A stretch of 64,000 nucleotides of DNA from Camelus ferus. Lineage: Eukaryota. Both the position numbers and the translations under genes were made by a program. Within the stretch, counting starts at the first letter, position 1. Each line of letters opens with the position of its first letter. The DNA is taken from assembly GCF_009834535.1 (NCBI RefSeq), contig NC_045701.1, positions 85,250,001 to 85,314,000 on the forward strand, read 5' to 3'. The notes under the pieces are model-generated. The model made no database searches. It saw nothing but the letters and a program-made list of their open reading frames with translations, and had not been told where the DNA came from. Shown here piece after piece: positions 22,930-35,029 of the stretch.

Positions 22930-23500
22930 TTGGACAGTTTCTCCATCTTTGGATAGCTTTTCTGCAAAAAAGTTCTTTCTCAGATTGATTCTAAAACTGA
23001 CTTGCTGTAACATTTTTACTACATCTTGGCTATACAAAAAATGTTTCGTTCAACCTTCCTGGGACTGTTCCCTGATTATTTCAAGATGTTATTTTTAAGT
23101 GTGCTGAGTTTTCACTTTTCAGAATGAATCATCCCCAGAAGTTCCTTCAACTACCCCCATGTGGTTCTATCTCAGGTTCCCAGCCACCTCTCCTCTGGAC
23201 TTTTCCAGTCAGGCAGTGCTTAGCAGGGCTCAGACTACAGGACAATTCTCCAAGCATGAGTGACAGAAAATTACCTCCTTCATTTTAAATGTTATACATC
23301 TGTTAATGCAACCCAAATGGGCATTATCTCCATTAGCCAATACCACACAGTGGGACTCACATTGAACTCACTGCTGGCCAACACCCTTTCTCTGTATATT
23401 AGTTACTGCTTAATTTTGACTCCCCCTTCTATTCCTGAGTAGTTGAAATGACTGGCTTCTTCATTTCAACTGGGAGATATTCTTTCCTCCCAACTGTTCA
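22930..23500 (-). mobile_element. L3/CR1 LINE relic
   Basis: aaagttctttctcagattgattctaaaactgacttgctgtaac, ttacctccttcattttaaatgttatacatctgttaatgcaacccaaa and cacacagtgggactcacattgaac match antisense L3/CR1 text. Confidence 0.7.
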
Positions 23501-24649
23501 ATTCTCCTTACTTATAACCCCAACAAACATTTATTTACTAAAAAGTACCAGATCTTGGAGATACAGCAGAGGACACAGCCTGTCACATTTCATTCCCCAG
23601 GTCAGTCCTCCTAGCAAGGATTCATGAATTTTGCTTCCAGAAAATTAAAAAAATTTGAATTCATTCATTAATTTATCCCTTTGACAAACATATATTTAAC
23701 CTCTACTGGGTGCAGGATACTTCCTCCACTTCCCTTTTGCCTGCCCCACGTCCCTGGCAGCCCCACCTCCAAGCCTCCATGTTTGAGAAGCAGTAAGGAG
23801 GAGGAGGAGGGAGCCAGGCCCAGGCCCTTGGTGAAAGCTTCATTCTCTGCCCAGAACCTAGAGTCACAGCCCAGCTCTAGGGTCTCCCAGCAAGACACCT
23901 CCCTGTCAGCCCCAAGAGTATGGCCCGCAGGATCCACACTGGCATTCCAGCCCCATCAAGGGCACTGCTGGTCCCTGGGAGAGCAGGGAAAGTCTTATCA
24001 GTGCTGTTGGGAGAGAGAGCAGCCTGAAATCTGAGACTTCTCAATGTGTCTCTCAGGCAGGCACCGGAGTTTAGAGCTGGAAGGGCCACCCTCCCATTTT
24101 ACAAACAGGGAAACTGAGACATCTGCAGGCCATGCCATGAGGCTAGGGTAGGGGACTTAGCAGGCTTTATGTCACTCCCCCGGTCAGAGCTTCCTCATGG
24201 AGGCCACGGCAGAGGCCAGGACTCCGGTGGAGCTGGTGGGCCTCCTTCTTGAGCTGGGCATCCAACACAGCCCTGAGGAGCCAGAGCAGTCATGGAAAGG
24301 GGGGTCCTGTCGGGTGGTGAAGGTCATCAGAAGCAGGAGAGGCCTGCAACAGGAAGCTGCCGGGACCAGAAGAGGAACTGGGACTCCAGTCTTCAGGCTC
24401 AGAGGCTTTGGGACAGCACAGGGGAGTAGTGAGAAGGTGGTCAGCTGAACCAGGGAACAGACTACACTTTGCTGAGCCATTAAATAGCAAAGTGCAAGAC
24501 TCCAGACTGCTGCTTCCTGTGCAGGAGAGGTTCTGCTTGAACTAGACTCCTTTCTACTCACTTCTATGGCGCCTTTCTGGCCCAGGCCACCTCCATCTCC
24601 AAGTCCTCTTCTCCAGAGGTCACATTCCACCCTGCTACTGAAGGTAACA

Positions 24650-24793
24650 TGGGCGGCAGCCCCACCCGGGAGCTTGTGAAAAATGCAGAATCCCAGGCCT
24701 TCCCCTAGACTGCCTTCCCCTAGACCCGCTATATCAGAATTTGTGTCTTAACAAGGCCCCAGGTGCTGGTTTACAATCTGAAAAGCTGTGCAC
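24650..24793. mobile_element. MER5A (hAT-Charlie) DNA transposon
   Basis: gggagcttgtgaaaaatgcagaatcccaggcc...tcagaatttgtgtcttaacaaggccccaggtg. Confidence 0.8.
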
Positions 24794-25224
24794 TAGACTG
24801 TAAGTTCTTTGAGGGTTAGAAGAGAGTCTGTCTTATTCACAGCACAGACATTCAAGTCTGAGAAGCACTGGCCTGGCAGCAACTCCACCCGTGTGACTCA
24901 GTGCTTCTGTTACCTCGTCTGTAAAATGGGGATGGTGGTTACAGTTCATGCCTCAACAGAACTGTGAGAGGATCCAGTGAGTTTCTATAGGGAGGGCTGG
25001 CCCATAGAAATTATTTTATAAGCAGTATTATTACATTGTTATATTATAGATACTTCCAGTCCATTCAGAGCATTTCCTAAACCTTCCTGGTCACAGAGGT
25101 AACAGGCTACAGTCTGGCTCTCTTTGGGTCCCCATTTTGTGTTTGCCAGAGGATGCACATTGCCCTCTGCCCAGACAGACTAAGTCTTTCTTTCCGCAGG
25201 TGCCCATCTTCTTTATTAGTTACT

Positions 25225-25400
25225 AGTCCATCCAACATTTATTGAGCACCTACCTGCCAGGCGATGTCCCAGGTGCTAGACTTACAGCACCATATGGACA
25301 GGATCCCTGCCCCCCTTCTCATGAACCTTAAAGTCCAACAAAGGGAAACAGGCATGATGGTTAACAAACAAGATAATTCAGTGTAGGTACTGGGTGAAAT
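25225..25400 (-). mobile_element. L2 LINE 3' end
   Basis: ccatccaacatttattgagcacctacctgccaggc. Confidence 0.8.
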
Positions 25401-25729
25401 GCTGCCATTCTCACTTCCTGTGTATCAGGTGCATTTTGTATGTTTTTACAAAGTGGTCACCTCACCACTCTTTTTATTTTTAATTTTTCTTGATGATCTT
25501 TAGATTTTTTTTGTTATTGAAGTGTGGTTATTTACAATGTTAGTTTCAGGTGTGCAGTGAAGCATCACCCTTTTAAACATCTTCAGAATACTTTATGGAT
25601 CAAGGTGACAGAATTCATAAAATGTGTGAACGTAAGTCTCAGATCTATTGTCAGCATTGATCTCACAGGGCAGGGTCCTCTTCCTCCTACTACTGCATAT
25701 GGGACCCTCTTGAAGGGGCACAAGATGTA

Positions 25730-26090
25730 AGTCTGGCAGGCCAGAGCATCACCCTCCACCGACCCCGGAACTGATTGAGGGAGGCGGGCATGTGACTTGA
25801 GCCGGTCAGTCGGCTTCCAAGCTGAAGATCTCCCTGGTCTTTGCCTGAGTGCCTGGAAGGGGCTGTTTCTCTTTTCTCACCAGACTTGAGCCAGGAAGAT
25901 GCTAGGCTGGATCTGGGGCAAACACCTCACCACCATGAAGGTAGAGTTTCCGAGAACATGGGGAGAAAAGAGGAAAAAGCCTGGAGACAGAAAGAGACCG
26001 AGTCCTAGAAAGAGTGTAGGAGCCCTGTCACCTGCTGCTTGACTTCTAACTTTCCCACTGAAGACAATTTAGGCTCTTTTTCTTGTCTCT
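25730..26090. mobile_element. Old MLT1 (J/K/L-like) LTR
   Basis: ggaactgattgagggaggcgggcatgtgacttgagccggtcag and gagacagaaagagaccgagtcc motifs. Confidence 0.55.
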
Positions 26091-27269
26091 TCTCCAAAGG
26101 ACATGAGGTTATCTTTGTTCTTACAGAAAACAATGGAGGAGCCATGTTGTAATATGAGAGCCAAATATAATGAATTAGCTGCTGTCCCAGAGTGGCCCTC
26201 AACCAGTGGCACTCAAGAGTTGATGTATTCATGCCCCAGCCCCCTGGCCCCTCGTGTGGGAGAGTCCTGAGGGCAAGCCCCACCCTGGCTCCCAAAGCAC
26301 CCCCACTTCAGGACCCAGGTTCACGTGTCTCCATGGCAACTGGCCTGCTAACACTCACTCTGATAGGCTGACTTCCCTTCCCCTGCCTCCCATCCCCACT
26401 TCCCTATTGGCCTTTCCTGACATCATCTCCCAGATAAATGGCAAGAACTCTACTGTTTCAGAGTCTGCTTCCAAAAGAACGCAAACAAGTGTGCCTCCCA
26501 GAGGTGACTGTGAGGATTGACTGGAGGGGACTGTCTGGCGCAGGGCTGGCATCTAGGAGGCCCTCAACAAACAGTGGCTGCTATTATTATTCCTTACCTC
26601 TTTGGTTTTGAAGCATGTGCTATACTCCTTCACCTTTTATCTTAAGGGACAAAGAGGGAAGCCAAGCCACCTTCGCAGGTAAAAGTTTACTATACATTTT
26701 ACTCACATGAAAGATATGCAACACAGTTAACAAATAATAAAATACACAGTACTCTTTATTGTAAATTCCACACAGCCAGTTGATTCTCAAAGAATCAATG
26801 AGATTGTTCTGGAGCTTCTGTAACCATAGCCAACCTATGGTTCCAAGTGAAAAATGAGGGCACTTCTGACAGGAATGTTGGTTAATGTTTTCATTTATGT
26901 TAACGAGTGAGACAAAAGCAAAATGATGAAGACTCCACTAGTTCATTAACGACAGGAGCCAATTCTCCTCTGACTCAGATAATAGTTTTCAAAGGCTGGG
27001 AGAAGAGGTCCTCAATTTGGGAAGCTCTTTGTAACATAACAGCTGTAGACATGACACGCATTAAGTTTATTCTGTGTACTTTCTCAAGTCTAAACAATCA
27101 CTACAATTAAATGAAGCCTGGATGTGGAGAAGTTGTCCACTTCCCTGGCTGGTTTCAAGCTATGAATGTGATGTCACGAGAACATAGGACAGGAAGAGAC
27201 GGAGGTAGCTCATCATTACCGATACTTCTATTAGGTGGTAACAAAAACCTAGTAACATAATAAGGAAGG

Positions 27270-27429
27270 NNNNNNNNNNNNNNNNNNNNNNNNNNNNNNN
27301 NNNNNNNNNNNNNNNNNNNNNNNNNNNNNNNNNNNNNNNNNNNNNNNNNNNNNNNNNNNNNNNNNNNNNNNNNNNNNNNNNNNNNNNNNNNNNNNNNNNN
27401 NNNNNNNNNNNNNNNNNNNNNNNNNNNNN
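27270..27429. other. Assembly gap (160 N)
   Basis: Run of N. Confidence 1.
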
Positions 27430-27603
27430 CTCCAAGGGTGGTGCGTGTGTTACAATCGATGAACCTGCATCGAGACGTCATCCTCACCCCAAGTCCATCG
27501 TTGACGCTGGGGTTCACTCTTGACGCTGTACATGATGTAGGTTTGGACAACTGTATGATGACAGGCGCTCATCATTACAGCATCACTCAGAGTACTTTCA
27601 CCG
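27430..27603 (-). mobile_element. L1MB-type 3'UTR fragment inside MER63
   Basis: gttacaatcgatgaacctgcatcgagacgtcatcctcaccccaagtccat; same family as 2370-2704. Confidence 0.8.
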
Positions 27604-28399
27604 TTACCTTTCTTTATAAATGATTCAGTTATAAGCTTGCGTACTTTAATTTTTTAATGATGGCTGTCTTGAACAACCTTGAAATTTTAAGAACTGGTTC
27701 TCAGCGGCCAGTGCCTGCCGGCTCCAGCCCATCCCTGCCATTGGGTCTCCGAAAAGAGCCTGAGGTCCCCAGGCCTCGCCTGGAAGGCCACCTAATGCTT
27801 TCCAGGCAAAGCCAGACACGTTCCGGGTAGCTCCAAACTCGGAAGACCCACCTTGTGACTGAGTGGAGCGAGGCCTCACCCTTCCCTTCCTGTCCCTCCC
27901 CCGGGCATGTGAGGCCGGAGCTCTGAGCCATCCGATACCCATTGGGACCGCCAGGTTTGGGGACAGGAAGCAGATCTGGGAGCCTGCACAGGCAGCTGCA
28001 CCAAATGCACCAGCACCAGGGGCAGCATCTCCAAACTCGTGTCTCTTCAGGTGCCGCTATTGGGGTTAGTGCAATTGTGCTTTTGGTTGGGAGGCCTCGA
28101 GAAGTTTACAATAAAAATCAGAAACAATTTTCCCTGGAGGAGGAATCATTTCATTGGGGAGCTATGGCCTCAAGTTTCTCTGCTCACAGGCTTAACTAGC
28201 ACGACTATTATTATCCTTTATTGCCCTCCAGAGAGATTTAGACAGACATGCTGCCTTACAGAGACAGCCCTTGTTGCTGAAGCCAGCTGGGCCCAGGAGG
28301 GAGCCTCCTGAATGCTCTGCGTCCACAGAGCTGGGGGCTGGGGACTCAAAGACAGCAGACCTCACTCCCAGGACAGGGAGATGTGCTCCACCGTGGGGG

Positions 28400-28565
28400 A
28401 CTTGCAATGTCTTAAGCACCATTCTAAACACTTTGCAAAATAATACTTTTAAATGTCATAAACCAGGTGTTAATAAACCTATTTTAGAGATGAGTAAACT
28501 GAAGCCTGGGGAGGCTGAGGATTTGGGCTCAGGCAGTCTGGCTGCAGAGTCAGTGCTCTGCACTG
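28400..28565 (-). mobile_element. MIR SINE
   Basis: cctattttagagatgagtaaactgaagcctgg. Confidence 0.7.
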
Positions 28566-28687
28566 GGATGCCATCACGGAGGCAGCAAAGAACATGGAGT
28601 AGGAAGGAACTTCCTTGAAGCTCAGTTAGACTGGTGTGGAAGGCGTGAGTGTGGGGCGAGGGGAAAGAGGGAGTGGGGACCAGATTT

Positions 28688-28865
28688 TACACACATGCAC
28701 ATGCACTTACATGGATACACAGACATGCATGCACGAATAATTGTGCATGTATGCACACAACACGGCTATGTGTGTGTGCACACGTGTGTGCACACATGAA
28801 GACATGCACAAACGGACACATTCACATATTTATGCATGCTCAATTGCACACTCATGCACACACAC
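28688..28865. repeat. Degenerate (CA/TG)-rich simple repeat
   Basis: acacatgcacatgcac...; perfect purine-pyrimidine alternation at 28768-28798. Confidence 0.85.
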
Positions 28866-29969
28866 TTTATCTTGACCCCTCGGGCAGTGGCAGGTCCTTG
28901 AAACAGGATAATGTCCCCATCAGACTAGTGCTTTAGAAAGCTCCCTCTAGCCCAGAGCATGTGGGGCACTCCCTTCTTTCTGCTCCTCAGTTTCCTCCTT
29001 TCCCATCATGAATGGCAAACTTCTTTGCAAACTGTAAACAGCGTGTGGGCCTGGCTTTCAAAGGCCCATGTCCTTGTCAACAGAGTACAATGTGAAAGTT
29101 CCCACTTGGCTGTCAGTACCCTATGCCACCTCGAGAGAGGTGGTGAGTATGTGCGTGTGCACGTGTGCGTGTGTAACAAAAGAAGATACTGGGACCCAAA
29201 AAGAGTAATAAAAGTGCAGGCTTACCCGGGTGAGCCGATGGCTGAGCTAGGACTTGCATCTTGGCCTGTCTGACGGAGCGCCTCGCGCTTCCTGCCTGGT
29301 GTCTTGAATGTTTTCCCAGGCCACCCATCTCCTGTGACTATTCGACCTCCCCATCCCACGGGCAGGGCTGGGGGACACTTCAGCCGGCCTCCCAGGACAG
29401 CCATCCACAAACCATTAACCACCGGTGACCCCAGTCAACTTACAAAAGTGGGTGTGCCCTCTGCACCCTGAGGAGCTGTAACAGGCCTTTGTCTGTTCCC
29501 CTCCCTCTTCCTACACCCTGTCCTACGAGCAATCGTGCCGTCCCCCCAGAAGGACCTGGTGGACATCAGAACCAGGGAGGTAGCACTGCAGAGGCTTGGA
29601 CGACGGATCAGGGATCTGGGTTCAGCTCCTGGCCTCACCATTTCTAGCTGTAAAATGGGAGCGAAAACTATAGTTAACTGGGTAAAAAGAAACACAAAGC
29701 CCAGTGCTGAGTAAGAGGAGGTGCTTACTAAGTATAAAGAAATAGGCGTGGGGCGACAGCCTTTTGGGGGAGTGGAAGGTGAAGGTGGGATCCGTGTGCA
29801 AAAGGGAGAGATGGGCCCTTCATCTCACTTCCGGGAAACAGGGCCAGCTGGTCCAGAGAGCTGCCGAAGGAGGTGGAGTCCCGAAAAGAAGTTCTCTGTC
29901 CACAGGTCCTGCTGCTTGGATGGCAACAGGGAACGGACAGCACTGTGGGCAAGGCCGGCGGAGTCAGAA

Positions 29970-30090
29970 AGACCTGGCCCCCACTTACTTGCTGGGCCAC
30001 CTTGCTGAAATCACACAGCCTCTCTGAGCCTCCGTTTCCTCGTCCATGCGATGGAGGTGATTATATCTACCTCTGAGCTATGGTGACAGT
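29970..30090 (+). mobile_element. MIR SINE
   Basis: cacttacttgctgggccaccttg...cctctctgagcctccgtttcctcgtc. Confidence 0.75.
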
Positions 30091-30269
30091 TGCAGATGGT
30101 GGAGAAGCAGGCCCGGAGCAGTGTTCAACCGACAGCAGTTCTCCGAGAAGCAGCTCCCCTCGCTGAGGCAGGGAACCCACTCGGCCAGGCCTCGGGCAAA
30201 CGCCAGACTGCCCACAGGGAGGAAAAGCTCCCAGCACCTCCTGTCCGCAGCACTTGGGGCTTCGCTCAC

Positions 30270-30880
30270 CTCCCTGAAAATTAAATTAAAGCTCAACAGT
30301 AGTGCCTTTGTGGCTTACGCATTGCAGGTCTCGCCAGAGAGAGGTCTTAATATCCACCGCTGACAGGATGGAATTAGCTGCATTTTTGTTGCTGGGGGTC
30401 TTTATTTCTGGCCCTAACTTTTGTTCTCCCCGACAGGGTGTAAGCTGGTGTTTAATTCGCCCTGAGAGCACTGGGCCGCTCTTAAGTAGAGCAGGCGGAA
30501 GCCTGGGCCCCGAGCAGGCTGAGGCGAGCGCTCCTGGGTGGACGAAGGGGGTGTTTTGCGCCCCCCCCCCGCCCCCGCCCGAGTTGGCCAACACTGGGCT
30601 CTGCAGGCACAAGAGAATCAATGAAGAATTATCGTTAAGCCTCCTGATCATTATCCTCATTAGAGGTAACCGGAGCTCGCCTGGCCCGAACGCGGCTCTA
30701 AACCCCACTAAGACGGGGCGCGCTCAGGAAGAATAGGCTGTATGTAATTTAATAATCCTGGAAACAAGTCCACACTCTTTTTTGTCTTTGGCCCAAAGGA
30801 GAGGTAATTCCTGATGCAGCCAGAGAAGCGGAACCACGCCGGCTCAGGAGAAAGGCCCGGGTCGGGCGGACGAGGACCTG
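30270..30880. promoter_or_regulatory. CpG-rich putative enhancer (conserved-element-like)
   Basis: About 31 CpG counted in 30301-30880; C10-G-C5-G-C3 tract at 30561-30580; TAATT/TAATCC cores; no repeat similarity. Confidence 0.5.
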
Positions 30881-31164
30881 GTGGGATCCAGAGGCTGTGC
30901 TCTGCTGCCCCTAAATGGACTCTCCTCCCACTCCTCCACACCCCCAGTGAGGCCTCTGCTGGCCCTTCAGAACCTTCCAGAACCTTCAAGTGCATTAGAG
31001 AGTGGAGCCTCTTTCTCCAGGTCCACGCAGCCCTGTGCTCTATGTTGTGGGGCAAGCTGGGAGGAGGCTGGATTTCAACCTTGCTTTGCCCACCTCGGCG
31101 CTCCCTCTATGTAGGGGGCCCCACCGCCACCCCCTCGCACACAGATAGCGCCTTGCTGTTTAAA

Positions 31165-31365
31165 AAGCACTTTTGCATCCTTCACCTCTTTGGATTCTCC
31201 CACAATTCTCTGAGGGAGGCAGGGAGGGATTATTAAAGCCATTTTGCAGATGGGAAAATGGAGGCTCAGAGAGGTGAAATGGCTTACTCAAACTGCAGGG
31301 CTTCCAGGAACCAAGGCTGGATCTGGAGCTCAAGCCTTCTGAATCCGAGTCCAAGCACTCTTCCT
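31165..31365 (-). mobile_element. MIR SINE
   Basis: gccattttgcagatgggaaaatggaggctcagagaggtgaaatggcttactc. Confidence 0.85.
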
Positions 31366-31379
31366 GGGCTCCCCAAGGC

Positions 31380-31758
31380 TGTTATGGGCTGAGCTGTGTG
31401 TCCCCCAAATCCACACGTTGAAGTCCTAACCCCCAGAACCTCAGACTGTGGCTGTATTTGGAGATAGGATCTTTAAAGAGGTGATTAGTTTAAAATGAAG
31501 TCATCAGGGTGGGTGCTGCTCCAATATGACTGGCTGTCTTTAGAAGAGGAGATTAGGACACAGACACAGAGGAAGACCGCGAGAAAACACAGGGAGGAGA
31601 TGACCTTCTATGAGCCAAGGAGACAGGCCCCGAGGAATCCAACCCTGCCAACACCTTGATCTGACGTCCAGCCTCTAGGACTCTGAGAAAATAAATTTCT
31701 GTTGTTAAGCCACTCAATTCATAGTACTTTGTCGTGGCAGCTCAAGTTGGCAAACACG
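31380..31758 (+). mobile_element. MLT1A0/B-type solo LTR with intact 5-bp TSD
   Basis: tgttatgggctgagctgtgtgtcccccaaatcc...; AAGGC at 31375-31379 and 31759-31763. Confidence 0.93.
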
Positions 31759-34084
31759 AAGGCTCCGCTGGGCCTCCTGGCCTCCACAGGGTCTGCTCTG
31801 CCAACACAGCCCCCATCCCTCTCACCTGCTACTCGCTGGGTTTGCTACCCACCTGTTGGGACTGGGAACCCCTGATTGTGGTGGTGCCCTTGAGTGCGGG
31901 ACAAGAGGCCCCACTCGATGGTTCTCCATCCAGGGCTTCTGGGTGATAGAATTGAAGGCTTCTTAAATCAATTGGATTTTTTGGATATACTTTCTTATTA
32001 ACTTGTGTTTTATTAGGATTTATGCTATGATATCAGCTCCATGTGTTTCAAGAGTGCTAGAAATCTCTGTATCTGGGGACCAGGCTTTTGGAAGAACTTT
32101 TTATAAAATTCATGCTTAGAAAGTTGTATATATGCGTGTGTAGATTATACAAACAAAGACGTGTGCGGGTGTGCGGGGATGTGCTTTGGAACTAGTTTTG
32201 TGTATAAGGTTATCCATTGAAAACCACATTTATCCACATACATACGTGTATTTTCATCGTATGCATAAAGTTCCAGCTTTTTATCAGCCTATGCTTACCA
32301 TGAACATACAAAAAAAAGACACTTTCCTCCTTGTTTTCTCTTCTAGAAACCTGTTGAGATACCTTTAAAAGAGGTTAAATTACTATGTTTTTTGTCACAT
32401 TTTCATCCTGATATTTTCAACATTCTCCTTTAAACTGTTTTGAGGTTTAGCTGTTAGACCCTTGAATTAGGCAGAAATCTTCAAAAGCAGCAAACTTTTA
32501 ATTTCCAGCACCTCCTACCTTTCTTGCATCTGTGTCTGCTCATCCTTCTTATGTGGGTGTGTCCTCCTGTGGACCTGAGCACAGGGTGACGAGTGTACAG
32601 CAGGTGTATAATAAAGGCTGATGGTTTTCCAGGGCTAGGTCCAGCCTGCAGGGTGCGGGACAACTTGGGCGGGACCACTGGCGTCACTAAGCAGCAGCCC
32701 AGGTCAGAGAGGGCTGGCTCCTGGCTTCACTGCCCCTGCCCCTCCCTCCCACATCCCATTCACACTGGCGGGTGGGAACTCTGGCTGGGAAAGTCCGTGT
32801 GGAGGTCAGCGGAAACCTCTTGCAGGGGGTGTTAGGGGTGGTGAGGGGTCCCAGCCTGCAGCCACAGCAAAACTCAAAGAGCTTACCCAACTCTGGTCCA
32901 AATGGTGGGTAGCCTGGCCATCCTTGGCTGTGCCTGGCTTCCAGTGTGTGACCACGGGGACCCAGCATGCAGGAATGTCACCCATGGGGGTGGCAGCCAA
33001 GTAGAATGCCATCCAAGGGAAATAGACAGATGTCTCCAGTGGACATATTTGTGACTTGGGGCTGGGGTGGCAGGGCTGCGGGGGAGAGCGGGCACAGCCC
33101 AGGAGGTAGAGAGGAGACATGTCTTCCAGGGAAACTTGAACATGAACCAGTGCCCATAGACAGGGGACTGGCCTTGCCCTTGGTGTTGTTTCAGCATCCC
33201 TCTGGTCCATCCTCAAGGCTCCGTGGACTCCACAGGCCAGCTATGTGACCTTAGCTGAGCCTCCTCCTGTCTGGACCACTGAGAGAGGCAGGAAAAGCCA
33301 AGCGAGCTCCCCTTCAACCTCCCCGGCTTCCTGGATCCCAGCAGTGGGAGCGAGTGAGCTGGCAGGTCTTTGTGGGAGGCCAAGGAGAAGGCAAGTCATT
33401 CAGGGAACCAACAGGCCAGAGGGCGACCCTCCCAAAAATGAAAGCAACAAGGAGAAAGTGGCCGTCCCAGGGAAGAAGCTGGCCTTCCCAAACAGCCTGC
33501 CAGGAATGTGCTGACGGCAGAGGAACCCTGTCCCCGCAGTGCCAAGGCCCTTCCCTCCACTCTTTAATAAAAGCAGCGTCTGTCTTGTGGCCCCCAAGCT
33601 CCCTTGCTTCCCATGGGCCCTCGACAATACCTGAGATGTATAAATAAGGCTGGAGCTGCAGACTATTGAATTAGGCGCTTCTGGCATTCTATGGTTGGCA
33701 GAGCGGTTCCCCTGTGATTGTTATCAGCTATAATCAAATCTGGAGAGTGGCTGGAATGCTAATTCCTCCCCAGCAGTGTGTCCTCCTGCGGACACGGGCG
33801 AGCCATCCCCCCCACCCCCCGCCCCCTTGTCAAGTCTCCGAGGTGGCTCCAGTCCACCAGGTCTGGTGTCGGTGAGGCTGCTCCCCAGATTAGCACTGTC
33901 AGTGGCCCAGCTGGTCAAGAGATGTCATCTTGTGTCCCAGGAGAGAGCCTCCTACCCCAGCACCAAGCTTGGCGTCTGCTGGGCCATGAGAAGGGGGCAG
34001 TGATGGATTGTGGCCCCTGCCCCAGCCCGGCTAGGAGGGCATCCAGGTGAGCAGCAACTGGGATCAAAATGTGATCTGCATCAC

Positions 34085-34330
34085 AACAACATTTATTCAT
34101 TTATTCATTCATGAAACAATGGCAAGCTGCTCACCTTCCCACAGGACACAGATTAAGAGAAGTCCCTGCCCTCCAAGAGCTCACAGCCAGGGGGCTGGCT
34201 CTCCAGCTAACTTTAGTATGTGCATTACCTACAGTATGTGTGTAACAGACACCATGAAGGGCACAGTCTAGGGGGTTGAGAGGCATTCTGGAGGACTTCC
34301 TGGAAGAAGCATGTCAGATGAATCAGGGGC
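34085..34330 (-). mobile_element. L2 LINE 3' end
   Basis: atttattcatttattcattcatgaaac...gtccctgccctccaagagctcacag...ggaggacttcctggaagaag. Confidence 0.7.
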
Positions 34331-35029
34331 AGGGTGGCAAGCAGTGGGTATTGTGGCAAAAAAAACTCTACTCAAGGACTGGACAAACAGGAATTGGAAG
34401 TCACACCCTGGATATGGGTGGAAGGGAAAAGGGGAGTCTCCTGGTCACCGGTTCCGCTGACAAGGAATGTGGCTCCCTCCCTGCCAGAATTGGGGATGTG
34501 TGGAGGAGAAGGAGGAGAAGGACTAGAGGGAAAGGCTCAGTTGGGCTGCAGCTGCCTGGGCTGGGAGGCTGATTGCTAACCGCCCTCAGGTGGCTTTGTG
34601 CCGGTGGGGAATTTGTGACCTCCACAGGGTGTTGACAAGAAAGGCTATCTCATGCTTCATGCCCAGCAGTGGCCAAGAAGTGTGCTAAGGTCAGGGGCTC
34701 AGCCATAAAAAGGATGGATTTTTGGGATCCACACACAGCCTGCAGGGGCAACTTGACTCCAGGAGCTTACACCATGGAAGGAGGAGGTAGGTTGGGAACC
34801 AGAAACACAAAACCTATTAAGTGAACAAGATGATTTCAGTTGTAAGTGCTCCGAAGGCAATACAGTGAGGAGAAGGGGTAGATAGTGGACGGAGGCCGAG
34901 GAGGTTAGTTGAATGAATGAATGGATGAGCATTATGACCAAATCCAAGTGTGACCAGTACATACCCTTGCTAACTGATGAAGCCACTGGGGAAGTGGTTC
35001 AGAGCTCATCCGCCTGCACCCATGTTCCA

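Larger units (their letters stand above)
26650..27737 (-). mobile_element. MER63 (hAT-Blackjack) DNA transposon interrupted by a gap and an L1MB
   Basis: attgtaaattccacacagccagttgattctca...catagccaacctatggtt...ttcaagctatgaatgtgatgtcac; resumes at ~27605 and ends gccggctccagcccatccctg (consensus gccggctccagcacaccactg). Confidence 0.8.

Noticed and set aside
24184-24630. Overlapping 148/83/66-aa ORFs in exon-like GC-rich unique sequence (possible exon or pseudogene fragment)
   Set aside because: I translated all six frames over 24181-24450 and recognised no protein; no poly(A) or TSD. A BLASTX search would settle it
32825-32848. G-rich run as a G-quadruplex
   Set aside because: Only three G3+ tracts
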